Of a DNA stretch of 64,000 nucleotides, positions 8,853 through 18,864 are shown one piece after another. The notes beneath the pieces were generated by a model. The model ran no database searches and was not told where the DNA came from. It saw nothing but the letters and a program-made list of their open reading frames with translations. Position 1 is the first letter of the stretch. The number at the start of each line of letters is the position of its first letter. Position numbers and translations under genes: made by a program. The stretch covers positions 19,940 through 83,939 of the forward strand of contig JBEHXM010000001.1 of assembly GCA_048498695.1 (NCBI GenBank). The letters are read 5' to 3'. The stretch comes from Bacteroidota bacterium. Lineage in GTDB: Bacteria > Bacteroidota > Bacteroidia > Sphingobacteriales > Sphingobacteriaceae.

Positions 8853-10187
8853 ATGGCAAAAATATTGCTTGTTGAAGACGACCTTACTTTCTCTCAATTA
8901 CTGCAGGGCTTCCTGCAAAAGCACTCCCATGAGGTAACGGCTGCCCACACCATCAGGAATGGTCTTGGTTTTTTACAAAAACACAAATATGATGTTTTAC
9001 TCCTCGACTACCGTTTGCCGGATGGTACAGGGCTTGATGTATTGGCTAAGGCAATAGAGATGGGCTTATCCATCCCTATTATTATTATGACCAGCTTTAA
9101 CGATGTGCGCACGGCGGTGAAAGCGATCAGGTCGGGGGCATTTGATTACATAACAAAGCCCGTCAACCCGGATGAACTGCTGATGATCATGAACGGTGCT
9201 CTCGCCCAGGATAAAGCAGAAAAGACCAATGAACAAGATGATGGGCCAGAGTTTATAAAAGGCAGCAGTAGCCAATCCGATAAGCTTTTTGAATATATAG
9301 ATATCGTATCACCTACAGATATGTCGGTATTGATACAGGGTGAAAGCGGTACAGGAAAGGAGTATGTTGCCAGGATGATACATAGGCAAAGTAAAAGATT
9401 ATCCAAGCCTTTTGTAGCTATTGATTGCGGCGCGCTTTCAAAAGAACTGGCCGCAAGCGAATTGTTCGGTCATGTAAAAGGCTCTTTCACTGGTGCTATT
9501 ACCGACAAAAAAGGAACCTTTGAATTTGCCGAGGGCGGCACCCTGTTTATGGACGAGATAGGCAACCTGAGCTATGATGTACAAGTAAAGTTGTTGCGCG
9601 CCTTGCAGGAAAAAACCATACAGCCTATTGGCAGCAACAAACAAATACCTGTAAATGTGCGGATAATTGCCGCAACCAATGATGACCTGGTAAACAGTGT
9701 GAGCTCAGGCGATTTCAGGCAGGACCTGTACCACCGTATCAATGAATTTAAAATACAGCTATCTCCCTTACGTCTCAGAAGGGGAGATATGGATATTTTC
9801 ATTAGTTATTTTATCAAGCAGGCAAATGCTGAACTCGGTCGTGCATTGAAAGATATTTCGCCTGAAGCTAAAGCGGTATTAAATAAATACGAGTGGCCGG
9901 GTAATTTACGCGAACTGAAAAATGTGATCAAGCGTATGGTGCTGTTAAGTCAGGATGACGTGGCAAGCGTAGAGACATTGCCTGATGAAATGCTATTTAC
10001 GGTATCCGGCAGTTTGACGGTAGCGCCTGAATCGGACCTTAAAGCTCAGAATGAGATCAACGAAAAGAATTTAATCCAAAAAACCCTTCACCAGGTAAAA
10101 TACAATAAATCAAAAGCTGCCAAATTACTGAATATCGACCGCAAAACGCTTTACAGTAAGATTGAACGTTACGGGCTTGATAGATAA
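8853..10187 (+). CDS. Sigma54-dependent response regulator (NtrC/ZraR family)
   Basis: Receiver LLDYRLPDG, GESGTGKE, ELFGHVKGSFTGA (GAFTGA-like loop), WPGNLREL, Fis-type HTH. Confidence 0.95.
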   Translation: MAKILLVEDDLTFSQLLQGFLQKHSHEVTAAHTIRNGLGFLQKHKYDVLLLDYRLPDGTGLDVLAKAIEMGLSIPIIIMTSFNDVRTAVKAIRSGAFDYITKPVNPDELLMIMNGALAQDKAEKTNEQDDGPEFIKGSSSQSDKLFEYIDIVSPTDMSVLIQGESGTGKEYVARMIHRQSKRLSKPFVAIDCGALSKELAASELFGHVKGSFTGAITDKKGTFEFAEGGTLFMDEIGNLSYDVQVKLLRALQEKTIQPIGSNKQIPVNVRIIAATNDDLVNSVSSGDFRQDLYHRINEFKIQLSPLRLRRGDMDIFISYFIKQANAELGRALKDISPEAKAVLNKYEWPGNLRELKNVIKRMVLLSQDDVASVETLPDEMLFTVSGSLTVAPESDLKAQNEINEKNLIQKTLHQVKYNKSKAAKLLNIDRKTLYSKIERYGLDR

Positions 10188-10195
10188 CAATAAAC

Positions 10196-12715
10196 TTACC
10201 TGATAATATTTTTAATATTAAGCTTGCGTGTGGTTAAGGCAAGCTCATGCAATTTGCCGGCGAGCGATAATAGATGCCGGGTTCTTTTGTCAGTCAGCTT
10301 TCTATCCTGGTGTAATTCCAATTCGGCAAGCCTGAAGCCTTTTGCCAGTTCAGATGCACCAGCTTGTGCCGTGCGACCTGCAATACGGTGAGTTAAAAGC
10401 AATACCGTGTCCATCTTATGCTCATTAATACCTGCACGCAACTCGGCAACATCATTCAGGCTGTCTTCGGCAAAACGTATCAATATTTTGGCAATTAAGT
10501 TATGATCGCCAAGGGTCATCTTTTCAAGTGCTTTTATGTTCAGGCCCGGATGCGAATTTTCATTATAAACCTTTCGGTTATCGTTTTTTACCAGCGCCAC
10601 TAATTCGCTTTCTTTAAACGGTTTCATTAGCAAGCCGTTAAATCCGTATTGTAAAACTGAATCGCTCTCATCAGGCATCACCTGGGCCGTAAGGGCATAA
10701 AGCATGGTTTCTGCAGGCACTTTTTCGCGTAACAAACTGCAAAGCTCTGTGCCGCTCATTCCGGGCATGCGCATGTCAATAAATATATATTTTACCTCAT
10801 CGTCCCATGGAGCTTCCAGGATCTCATTTGGCGAGGAAAAACAACGGTATTCAATCTGGTTATGTTCAAATATCCTGGAGCAGAGTTCCAATATAAAAGA
10901 GTCGTCATCAACCACCCAAGCCTTTCCGGAAGAAAGGGAGGTAAATGCAGCATCTTCCTGTTTGGCAGTTGCCGCCTGGGTCAGGTCTTTTTCAAATTTA
11001 AGCTCAAAAATAAAGCTGCTGCCTTTACCCAATTCACTTTTTACCTGTATGTTGCCGCCCTGGTTTACAATAAGCTCTTTAGTAATGGCTAATCCAAGCC
11101 CTGTACCTGCATGGCCTTGCTTATCATTACCCGCCTGTTCAAATTCATTAAATATCCGGCCGATATCATTTTCTGAAAGCCCAACGCCTGTATCCGTTAC
11201 ATCAAATTTGTAGCCGATATGATCATCAATCTGTTTACCTCTTACGGTTAATATAACTTCACCTGAAGGGGTAAACTTTATGGCGTTGCCTAATAAATTG
11301 TATAATATTTGTTTTAAGCGGAAAGGATCGCCTTTAAGTGAAGCTGAAACAGTATGATCATAGTCGGTTTTAATAGTGAGCCCCTTTTTTTCAGCCTGAA
11401 GAAAGAGTATTGATATCACCTCATCAAGCAATTCTTCCAGGTTAAAGATCTCTTTTACAAAAGTGAATTTCCCGGATATGATCCTGTTGTAATCAAGCAC
11501 TTCGTTCACAATCTGTAATAAATGGCCTGACGATCTGTAAATGGCCTCAATATCTTTTCGTTGAGGATGTTCCTGTTGTTTGATCATTTCTGCATAGCCG
11601 ATAATGGACTGCAATGGGGTCCTGATCTCGTGACTCATATTGGAAAGGAAACGCTGCTTGGCAAGCCCATGATATTCGGCCTCGTCCTTGGCTACTTCAA
11701 GTTTCTTCCGGTAATTGTTAATGCGCGAGATATCTCTTAAAATAAAATAAACCAGCAATGCACTTAATATGAAAAATGCAAGCATAATTGTACCGATGCG
11801 TTCAATGCTGTTTTTTACCGCACTTTTAGCCATCTTGTTATTAGTTGCAGTTTGCACAAGAGTTTCTTTCTCTACCTTTTTCAAAAGGGTAAAAATTTGC
11901 CGCATTACATTTGCACTGGCCCTGGTTAGCACCGCTTCACGTTTAACAAACAGATCGCTTTTTACCTGCTGGGTTTTTTCCATCTTTTGCATGGTTTTCC
12001 CCATCCCCTTTAATAAGCTGTCCTGTTTTGCAAGGGCTATGGTGTCCCGCTTTACTTTCAGTTCCTCGTCAACAACCTTATAAGGCTGACCGGTCGCCAA
12101 TTGTTCAGGTTTGGGCTTTTTCCTGCCAAATAGCTTCTTTAAAAAGCCGGTATGCTGTTCTTGGGTAACAATTGTGTCGGTTGGATAAATAGTGGTAGTA
12201 GATGTTTTTTTCTCGGTAGTGGTAACCAGGCTATCGTTTTGTTTGGCACTTTTGAGTACCATCTGATTTAACGCAGAGACCTGGTCTGAGAATGATTTAT
12301 TATTGATAAGCCCTTCACGTACATTCAGATAATCTATAAAGAGTTTATCGCGGTCCTGTAATAGTTTTTTTAAAGCACTAAGCCGTTTTATCTGCCTGGG
12401 ACTATTTGCGTATAGGTGCTTCAAAGTGTCGATCTTCAGACTTAATTTCTTTGTTTCCAGGAAAAAGCCGTAATATTTTGCCGATTTATTGACCAGAAGA
12501 GATTTCTGTACCTGGTCGAGCCGGGTTACCCTGTGAGATAGTTCATTAACTAATCTTAATTTATCATTCGGGGCCGAAATATTATCAAAAGCATTTATCA
12601 CAGATGTAAACGCATTTTTACTGGTTTCCCAGGCCATAAACAAGGCGAAGAAAGCAAGTATAGAGGCGATGACTATTTTGCCTTTTACAGAATTGATAAA
12701 ACCGGTTTTATGCAA
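10196..12715 (-). CDS. Hybrid sensor histidine kinase (periplasmic sensor, HisKA, HATPase, REC, Hpt)
   Basis: SHEIRTPL H-box, NLLGNAIKFT, GTGLGLAI, receiver IDMRMPGMSG, Hpt-like THRIAG. Confidence 0.93.
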   Translation of the reverse strand: MHKTGFINSVKGKIVIASILAFFALFMAWETSKNAFTSVINAFDNISAPNDKLRLVNELSHRVTRLDQVQKSLLVNKSAKYYGFFLETKKLSLKIDTLKHLYANSPRQIKRLSALKKLLQDRDKLFIDYLNVREGLINNKSFSDQVSALNQMVLKSAKQNDSLVTTTEKKTSTTTIYPTDTIVTQEQHTGFLKKLFGRKKPKPEQLATGQPYKVVDEELKVKRDTIALAKQDSLLKGMGKTMQKMEKTQQVKSDLFVKREAVLTRASANVMRQIFTLLKKVEKETLVQTATNNKMAKSAVKNSIERIGTIMLAFFILSALLVYFILRDISRINNYRKKLEVAKDEAEYHGLAKQRFLSNMSHEIRTPLQSIIGYAEMIKQQEHPQRKDIEAIYRSSGHLLQIVNEVLDYNRIISGKFTFVKEIFNLEELLDEVISILFLQAEKKGLTIKTDYDHTVSASLKGDPFRLKQILYNLLGNAIKFTPSGEVILTVRGKQIDDHIGYKFDVTDTGVGLSENDIGRIFNEFEQAGNDKQGHAGTGLGLAITKELIVNQGGNIQVKSELGKGSSFIFELKFEKDLTQAATAKQEDAAFTSLSSGKAWVVDDDSFILELCSRIFEHNQIEYRCFSSPNEILEAPWDDEVKYIFIDMRMPGMSGTELCSLLREKVPAETMLYALTAQVMPDESDSVLQYGFNGLLMKPFKESELVALVKNDNRKVYNENSHPGLNIKALEKMTLGDHNLIAKILIRFAEDSLNDVAELRAGINEHKMDTVLLLTHRIAGRTAQAGASELAKGFRLAELELHQDRKLTDKRTRHLLSLAGKLHELALTTRKLNIKNIIR

Positions 12716-12947
12716 AACGTTGAATTTATTTTTAAGATTAACGTAAAATACCCGACTGTGTTTTATGTTGAATTATGAAGAGTTGAACTTATTTAAATTA
12801 TTCTATAATAAAAAAAGACACCTACTATTCATTATCAATATTTTTGATATGTTAATCCGATTGCGAATACAAGACGTTCGCAACTGAGAGTCTAAAATAT
12901 TGGTTATGCTCCCAAATAGAATTTCAATTCCGAACTGGGTCTTGATC

Positions 12948-12979
12948 AAAAAAGCCACTTACTGGTTATGTAAGTGGCT
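12948..12979 (-). terminator. Intrinsic terminator downstream of tRNA 3' fragment copy 1
   Basis: AGCCACTTAC/GTAAGTGGCT 10-bp stem with a U-run on the minus strand. Confidence 0.75.
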
Positions 12980-12988
12980 AATTATAGG

Positions 12989-13033
12989 GTGGAGAATATC
13001 GGAGTCGAACCGATGACCTCTTACATGCCATAC
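12989..13033 (-). repeat. tRNA-Ala(GGC) 3'-half direct repeat, copy 1 (att-like)
   Basis: Minus strand gtATGGCATGTAAGAGGTCATCGGTTCGACTCCGATATTCTCCAC: anticodon loop, T-arm GGTTCGA, acceptor 3' strand ATTCTCC-A; 44/45 identical to copy 2; no 5' half. Confidence 0.9.
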
Positions 13034-13184
13034 CCGGCTTAGTAAATTAAAAACAGGTAAAAATTCATTCAAATAGCTATCAATCAGATTTTTGCATGAA
13101 AAAGCACGCAGGGGAAGAATCTTCTTAACCGGACATTTTGCGGATAAAATGGGAACAGTAGAAGCTTCTTTTTTATTTGACTCG

Positions 13185-13805
13185 TCAAAGTATAATTATG
13201 TTTCCGAAAAATTCCTTCCGGTGAAAATCAGGTTTTTCAGAATTTATATTAGCCCAGCTCAGGAAATGGGGGTCCGGCAATTTTTCACCGCATGTAGTAA
13301 AGTTACCCCTGCAACTAAGACCGCTAAAGGATTTGTATTTGTGGAAAATAAATACATTGATCTCCAACAGTACAGTAAGCTCCCAGCATATTTTCCGTTC
13401 GGCATTTACGTTATTTAAGGTGATGGATATCTTGTCGGCGATGGTATTTACTACTTCATCTGGCAATGGATTTCTATTGGTGCGCCCAAGCCCGAACGCC
13501 GCCTTGACAGATCCCAGACAGTTGAATTCCAGGTTGTAATAATGATCATCTCCCGGGAAGGCAAAAAAGAATTCAACGCAATTGTCAAAGTGAACAGAGC
13601 CATTATTTGCCCGTGTTTTTACTCTTAGAAATGATTCCTCAATCCTGAACTTAAGAAACAGTACGGTGCCCGTATGACCCATTGTAAACCGGGCGACACA
13701 GTCAGAAGATCCGCTTCCCCACGGGTCGTTTGAAATATCGTAATAGGTTAATTTCTGATCGGCTTCGTCAATAGATGAAAGGGAGGGAACATTGATGCTC
13801 TGCAT
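13185..13805 (-). CDS. Carbohydrate-binding family 9-like (CBM9/DOMON-like) protein
   Basis: DNCVEFF, YYNLEFNCLG, NFTTCGE and W...KPDFH motifs; start chosen at MQSINV. Confidence 0.75.
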   Translation of the reverse strand: MQSINVPSLSSIDEADQKLTYYDISNDPWGSGSSDCVARFTMGHTGTVLFLKFRIEESFLRVKTRANNGSVHFDNCVEFFFAFPGDDHYYNLEFNCLGSVKAAFGLGRTNRNPLPDEVVNTIADKISITLNNVNAERKICWELTVLLEINVFIFHKYKSFSGLSCRGNFTTCGEKLPDPHFLSWANINSEKPDFHRKEFFGNIIIL

Positions 13806-13842
13806 TAGTGCTGTTCGTGGATTGCTTGACAAGGGCTGGGGT

Positions 13843-14601
13843 TCAAATGATATAACTCTCCTGATCAACAAAAAGAATGGCGTTTTTGTGCGCTCTGAGT
13901 ATGGTTGATGGATAGCGCTCAGATACTGCCTCTGACAAGGTATGGTCAATAGCCCGGGCCTTTAATTTACCGGGGACCATACAAAAAATATAGGGAGCCT
14001 GCATCAGGGCAGGGATAGTCAGCGTTAATGCATAATGGGGTACATCGTTTAGGCTCTCAAAACATCCGTCATTTACCTGTTGTTGCCTGCAATCTTCGTC
14101 CAGTGTTACCTTTTTTATAGTCTCAGGGTCTGAGAAATTTGCGACCGGCGGGTCATTGAACGCCAGGTGCGTGTTTTCTCCGATACCCATGCAAACAATA
14201 TCCGGCGGAAATTTTTGAAGCAGGTTTTTATAACGGATGCATTCATGTTCAACATCTGCCGTGTGACCATTGATCAGGTTAACCGACTTAAAAGGTACAT
14301 GACTGAATATCTTCTCATTCAAGAAGTTTCCAAAACTCTGAGGAGCGTCATCAGGCAGGCCCAGGTATTCATCCATATGGAATGCATTGATACGGCCCCA
14401 TGGAATATTTACATCCGTTAACAGGCATCCTAAAAATTCGTTTTGTGAGGGTGCTGCAGCAAAAATGATATTGACATCCGCCTTTTCTGAAGCAATCTGT
14501 TTAATTCTTTCAGCTGTTCTTTTTGCAGCATAATCGCCCAATGCCTTACGGTCTTTCACCACAAATACTTCCAGTTCGTCTATTTTGAAATTATGATCCA
14601 T
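13843..14601 (-). CDS. nagB: Glucosamine/galactosamine-6-phosphate deaminase family
   Basis: FHMDEY, CMGIGENTHLAFNDPP, ALTLTIP motifs; start at 14601 preferred over 14637. Confidence 0.85.
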   Translation of the reverse strand: MDHNFKIDELEVFVVKDRKALGDYAAKRTAERIKQIASEKADVNIIFAAAPSQNEFLGCLLTDVNIPWGRINAFHMDEYLGLPDDAPQSFGNFLNEKIFSHVPFKSVNLINGHTADVEHECIRYKNLLQKFPPDIVCMGIGENTHLAFNDPPVANFSDPETIKKVTLDEDCRQQQVNDGCFESLNDVPHYALTLTIPALMQAPYIFCMVPGKLKARAIDHTLSEAVSERYPSTILRAHKNAILFVDQESYII

Positions 14602-15814
14602 GATTTGCCTGGGATAGATTTTTAGCCATTTCTCCAAATATAATACGCCCCCCTATAATGGTTTGATGAATATTGATCTGCTCATCGAAAAGCACCAGGT
14701 CAGCATCTTTTCCAACTGCAATAGCGCCTTTGTTTTCAGATATGCCCATAATAGCTGCGGGTGTGCCCGTCATCATTTTAACGGCATCAATAAGGGGTAC
14801 ACCCGCCATGTTGATCATGTTCCTTACCAGGCGGTCGGCGGTCGCAACGCTTCCTGCAAACGCAGTTCTATCCGGAAGTTTTGCAACACCATCTTCTATG
14901 ATAACCTTTAGCCCGTTTTTTAAATCTCCCAGTACGCTTTCACCGGGAGGCATACCGGCGCCTCTCATTGCATCGGTAACCAGTGCGATCCTGTCCGGCC
15001 CTTTTAGTTTGTAAACCAATTTTAATAAGGCTTCCGGGAGGTGAACACCGTCAGCGATGATCTCAACGGTCATGTCGTCCATGAGAAAAGCACTTTCTAC
15101 AACACCGGCGTAACGATAGGCATTTTTCCTTGTAACTGTCGACGTACAAGAATAAAGATGAGTGACATGTGTGAATCCATGTTCAAAAGCATCCTTAACC
15201 TCTTCATAAATGGCTTCGGTATGCGCGATAGATGGCAGTACACCTTTTGAAGACATATATTTCCCGAATTCGATGGCCCCGGGCAGTTCAGGCGCTGCAC
15301 TCCATCTTTTTATAAAAGAGTTGTTCGCCAATATCTCCCGGTATTCCTGCGGGTCAGGATTTCTTATATAGCGAGGGTCCTGCGCACCTCTTTGGTTCAT
15401 TGCAAAATACGGCCCTTCAATATGCAAGCCTATAAATTGCGAACCGCGCTTATTGATACCATTTGCTTTTTTATAGGTTTCAAGGGTTTGAAGCAGATCA
15501 TCCTTTTCACAGCTCAGAGTGGTTGGTGTAATCGCGGTTGTGCCGTAGCGTGCGTGCAGTTCGGCTATGGCCAGAAAGCCATCCACACTGTTGTCCATAA
15601 AATCATGTCCGCCGCCTCCGTGTAAATGAATGTCGATAAAGCCGGGCGATAGATATTTCCCTTCGGCGTTAAGAACGTACTCCGTGTCATATTCGATATC
15701 ACCGGAAGAAATCAACTTTATTTTACCGTCCTCAATAACCAGGCTTCCATTCCCGATAATTTTATCAGGGGTTATAATTTTTGCGTTATATATTTTTAGG
15801 CTTAAACTATCCAT
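14591..15814 (-). CDS. nagA: N-acetylglucosamine-6-phosphate deacetylase
   Basis: PGFIDIHLHGGGG, HIEGPY, THLYS, DGVH, GSVAT motifs. Confidence 0.92.
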   Translation of the reverse strand: MDSLSLKIYNAKIITPDKIIGNGSLVIEDGKIKLISSGDIEYDTEYVLNAEGKYLSPGFIDIHLHGGGGHDFMDNSVDGFLAIAELHARYGTTAITPTTLSCEKDDLLQTLETYKKANGINKRGSQFIGLHIEGPYFAMNQRGAQDPRYIRNPDPQEYREILANNSFIKRWSAAPELPGAIEFGKYMSSKGVLPSIAHTEAIYEEVKDAFEHGFTHVTHLYSCTSTVTRKNAYRYAGVVESAFLMDDMTVEIIADGVHLPEALLKLVYKLKGPDRIALVTDAMRGAGMPPGESVLGDLKNGLKVIIEDGVAKLPDRTAFAGSVATADRLVRNMINMAGVPLIDAVKMMTGTPAAIMGISENKGAIAVGKDADLVLFDEQINIHQTIIGGRIIFGEMAKNLSQANHGS

Positions 15815-17421
15815 TATAAATTCGTTGAGGTTCTGGCGGGTCTTACAGCCATAATTTGGTTATACAAATCGTTTAGCTTTTCATTTCTCAAGGCATTCTC
15901 TGCAGCAATTTCTCCGTCTTTCAGGAAAGCACCATTTAGCGCCGCAAACGACTTGTTCAGCTCCAGGGATTTCCTTTTAAGGCTTTCTGCTTGTGGAACA
16001 AGTTTACCGGCAGATTCCAGGTTGAAATTATTGGCATTTACACGCTGTTCTAAAAGCAAAACTTTGAGATAGAACAACCTGATATCAGTCATCAATATGT
16101 AATGGCTATACTCATCTGTGTTTTTGGTCGGCTTTAGATTTTTGAAAAGGGATAAAGCTTCTGAGGTACTGTCAGCCAGGCTTTCCAGTGACAATTTGCT
16201 CTTCGACCGAACCTGGCCGTTTATAACCGGGTATGGTGTCATGAACAGTGCCCGCTGAAATTTTTCCGCAGCGGGCCTGGTAAGGCCATATTGTTTCAAA
16301 CAATAATCATTTATAAATTTCCTGGCATCTAATGGCTGTTCCGTTTTCAAGGCAGCTGTATAGGCGTTGATCAATAAATTGAATCCCGACAAAGGGCAAA
16401 CGCGCCTGATAGGATAAAAGGCCAACGGGTCATTATTAGAATCAAAAACAGTACAGTAAGCGCCGGAAGTTGACCATGAGGTCATCACTATACCCTTGTA
16501 ATTGAGTTTCCGTGTCTCAGGAATAAAGTTTTTGATATTATCGAAGTGGTTTTTCCATTTGGTCAGGTAGAAATTATCCGGTTCGCTTCGCAGTGCGGGC
16601 GCGCCCCAGATTTCATAGCCGCTGTTAAGCAACTGGGTATGATCACCGAAATGGCTAAGGTCCCAGCCATAGTTCCAGTCTACAAATATGGTTTCTTTTG
16701 GAAGCAAATGTATTTTGTCAGGGTAATGCAGGGCAATATCTGCCCAAACCACCGGTTTTTTTCCCATCCCAACCACAATGTCGCAGATCATTTTAATATA
16801 ATCAAAATACAGGCCCGAAAGACCTACCTGTGCTACTTTGCGCTGACATTTCTCACAATGACCGAGTAGAAATGTTTCGTCTCCGCCAATATGAATGTAA
16901 GGTGAATCATGCGTTTCCTCTATGTCTTTCAGCAAAGCTGTAAAAAGTGTTCGGCAGCTGTCCAGCTCTACCGGGCAAACCTGTGAGAAATCTTTTTGGT
17001 CTTCTCTCAGTTTTGTGTATTTATAATGTTTAAGTATATATTCCACATGCCCGAATGTTTGCTGCAGCGGAATTACTTCCATATTGAGGGTGTGGCAATA
17101 CCGGATAAACTCCTTTATCTCACTGCGTTTATAGGCATATTGGTTGGAGATCACGGTTTCTTTTGCATACGGGTAAGCCCCTTCCCATTCCATTATCAGT
17201 GCATTTATCCCCTGCCCATGCAGTTGATAAGCCAGCTTTTTGAGGGCAGTTAACTTCATTACCTGTATTCGCAAGTCGATATGGAATGCCTTTATTTTAA
17301 ATTGATCAGGTGCCGTTGGAGAGTTATTGGCACCTTTTACATAATTTGTAAAAAGAAGGATCAATAAAGTGATGCAAACTTTGGCTGATCGTTGTACAAT
17401 CTTGTTTTTGAGTAAGGCCAT
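15814..17421 (-). CDS. GH20 family hexosaminidase (HexD/GcnA-like), secreted
   Basis: Signal peptide, FHIDLR, IPLQQTFGHVEY, catalytic HIGGDE. Confidence 0.85.
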   Translation of the reverse strand: MALLKNKIVQRSAKVCITLLILLFTNYVKGANNSPTAPDQFKIKAFHIDLRIQVMKLTALKKLAYQLHGQGINALIMEWEGAYPYAKETVISNQYAYKRSEIKEFIRYCHTLNMEVIPLQQTFGHVEYILKHYKYTKLREDQKDFSQVCPVELDSCRTLFTALLKDIEETHDSPYIHIGGDETFLLGHCEKCQRKVAQVGLSGLYFDYIKMICDIVVGMGKKPVVWADIALHYPDKIHLLPKETIFVDWNYGWDLSHFGDHTQLLNSGYEIWGAPALRSEPDNFYLTKWKNHFDNIKNFIPETRKLNYKGIVMTSWSTSGAYCTVFDSNNDPLAFYPIRRVCPLSGFNLLINAYTAALKTEQPLDARKFINDYCLKQYGLTRPAAEKFQRALFMTPYPVINGQVRSKSKLSLESLADSTSEALSLFKNLKPTKNTDEYSHYILMTDIRLFYLKVLLLEQRVNANNFNLESAGKLVPQAESLKRKSLELNKSFAALNGAFLKDGEIAAENALRNEKLNDLYNQIMAVRPARTSTNL

Positions 17422-17437
17422 ATGCTTTAATTGGTTT

Positions 17438-17455
17438 AACGTGTACGTACACGTT
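17438..17455. promoter_or_regulatory. LacI-type operator 1
   Basis: Perfect 18-bp palindrome AACGTGTACGTACACGTT between the promoter and the GH20 start. Confidence 0.8.
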
Positions 17456-17457
17456 TA

Positions 17458-17487
17458 CAAAAATATCGCTTTATTTGAATTTTCAAA
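17458..17487 (-). promoter_or_regulatory. Bacteroidetes primary-sigma promoter for the GH20-nagA-nagB-CBM9 operon
   Basis: Minus strand TTTG (-33), 18 nt, TATTTTTG (-7, TAnnTTTG). Confidence 0.7.
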
Positions 17488-17667
17488 ATATTATTATGCA
17501 TACAAAATTTAATAGCTGAATCAGCCTGATTTCAGAAGGACAGAAAAAAATATAACAATTTTCCTAATCGCTTGGAATCAGACAAAATTCTCTCTTAAAA
17601 CATCAGGTTTACTACCGCACTCCTGATCAATTCGAGCCAGCTCAGGCAGCCAAAAATTAGTAGTTGA

Positions 17668-18726
17668 TTAATTCTTGTAAGATTTATAATTCTCTTTGGT
17701 TATGATGTCGATAGGCATATAATTCACCTGCCCGACATCTTCAATTTTGAACAGGAATTTGTATAAGGTCATGATTGCCAGGTAGCCCTGCTCTCTTGGA
17801 CGCTGGCTGATGATAAAACGGATGATACCATTTTCCAGCTGAGTGATATTTTCCTCAATAAAGTCGTATCCCACCAATAATATATCCGACTTGATTTTCG
17901 AAATAACTTTAGCTACCACATGCACTCTCGAATTTGTTACAAAAAGCACCCGGGCTTTAGGTGTGGAATTGATGGCCTTAGTGATCTGCTTTTCAATGGA
18001 GTTGATGTCAGTATGATTAACGTTCAGTGAAAGGACAGTATTTAAAAGTTGCTTTTCTTCAAAGAACTTCCGGAAGCCCTGCTCTTTTCTAAACAAATGG
18101 TGATCCAGCTCTAATTGTGTAGAAATATTGATCACAAAAATATCGTCATCTTCCTTCATCATAAAGCTCACCAACTGGGCTGCCAGACGTCCGCTTTGAT
18201 AAAGGTCCGGCCCGATGTAGCTCAGGCTGTCTTCTTTTGGCAGGTCTGAGTTGATAAACACAAAGGGAATATTCAGCTCTTTTAATTTTCTTACAAAGGT
18301 GGTTGCTTCTTCAACAAATGAAGGCGCGATCAAAACTCCCTGGGGTTCAGATTTTAAGACCGAATTAGCAACCTCAACAAAGTTTTCTCTTGAGTTGAGA
18401 TCATAAAATACGTAATCCACCGCCACTGCGAACTGTCTGAGTTCCAATATGGCCTGATCAATACCCGCAAGCGGGTAGCTCCAGTAATTGGTCTCAGTTG
18501 AGCTTTTTGGAATAACTACACTGATAGTTACCGTGTCGCGCTTTGCCAGCAAGCTCGCCATTTTATTAGGGCGGTAGTCCAGTTCCGAAATGATGGCGTT
18601 AATTTTCTTCCGGGTTTCATCGGAAACACCTTTACGATTATGTATAACCCGGTCGACAGTACCTATAGAGACATTAGCCAATCTTGCTATTTCCTTTACA
18701 CCTGACTGGTCAGATTTAGTTTTCAT
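17668..18726 (-). CDS. LacI-family transcriptional regulator
   Basis: HTH VKEIARLANVSIGTVDRVIHNR and YRPN hinge; start at MKTKS preferred over 18783, which would overlap the promoter region. Confidence 0.92.
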   Translation of the reverse strand: MKTKSDQSGVKEIARLANVSIGTVDRVIHNRKGVSDETRKKINAIISELDYRPNKMASLLAKRDTVTISVVIPKSSTETNYWSYPLAGIDQAILELRQFAVAVDYVFYDLNSRENFVEVANSVLKSEPQGVLIAPSFVEEATTFVRKLKELNIPFVFINSDLPKEDSLSYIGPDLYQSGRLAAQLVSFMMKEDDDIFVINISTQLELDHHLFRKEQGFRKFFEEKQLLNTVLSLNVNHTDINSIEKQITKAINSTPKARVLFVTNSRVHVVAKVISKIKSDILLVGYDFIEENITQLENGIIRFIISQRPREQGYLAIMTLYKFLFKIEDVGQVNYMPIDIITKENYKSYKN

Positions 18727-18802
18727 ATATGCGTCAAATATACACATCATTTTCCTACCTCGTAAGTATTTGATCTTCATCACAATAATTTTACTAAATG
18801 CG

Positions 18803-18822
18803 TATCGTGTACGTACACGATA
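18803..18822. promoter_or_regulatory. LacI-type operator 2 (divergent lacI / HGSNAT-like gene)
   Basis: Perfect 20-bp palindrome TATCGTGTACGTACACGATA. Confidence 0.8.
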
Positions 18823-18864
18823 TTTGTAATTTTTCAGTATTTTGCATTAAATAAAAAACAAAAA

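Noticed and set aside
12861-12883. Inverted repeat TTGCGAA-N9-TTCGCAA upstream of the kinase
   Set aside because: Single occurrence with no matching site elsewhere; no function can be assigned.
12989-13033. Functional tRNA gene
   Set aside because: Only the anticodon loop to 3' end is present; no D-arm or 5' acceptor strand. The same applies to 26535-26579.
13092-13418. 108-aa ORF next to att copy 1 as a possible integrase or excisionase remnant
   Set aside because: No tyrosine-recombinase or HTH motif seen; mostly antisense to the CBM9-like gene.
13806-13949. N-terminal extension of the CBM9-like ORF
   Set aside because: Overlaps nagB in another frame; MQSINV at 13805 is the more plausible start.
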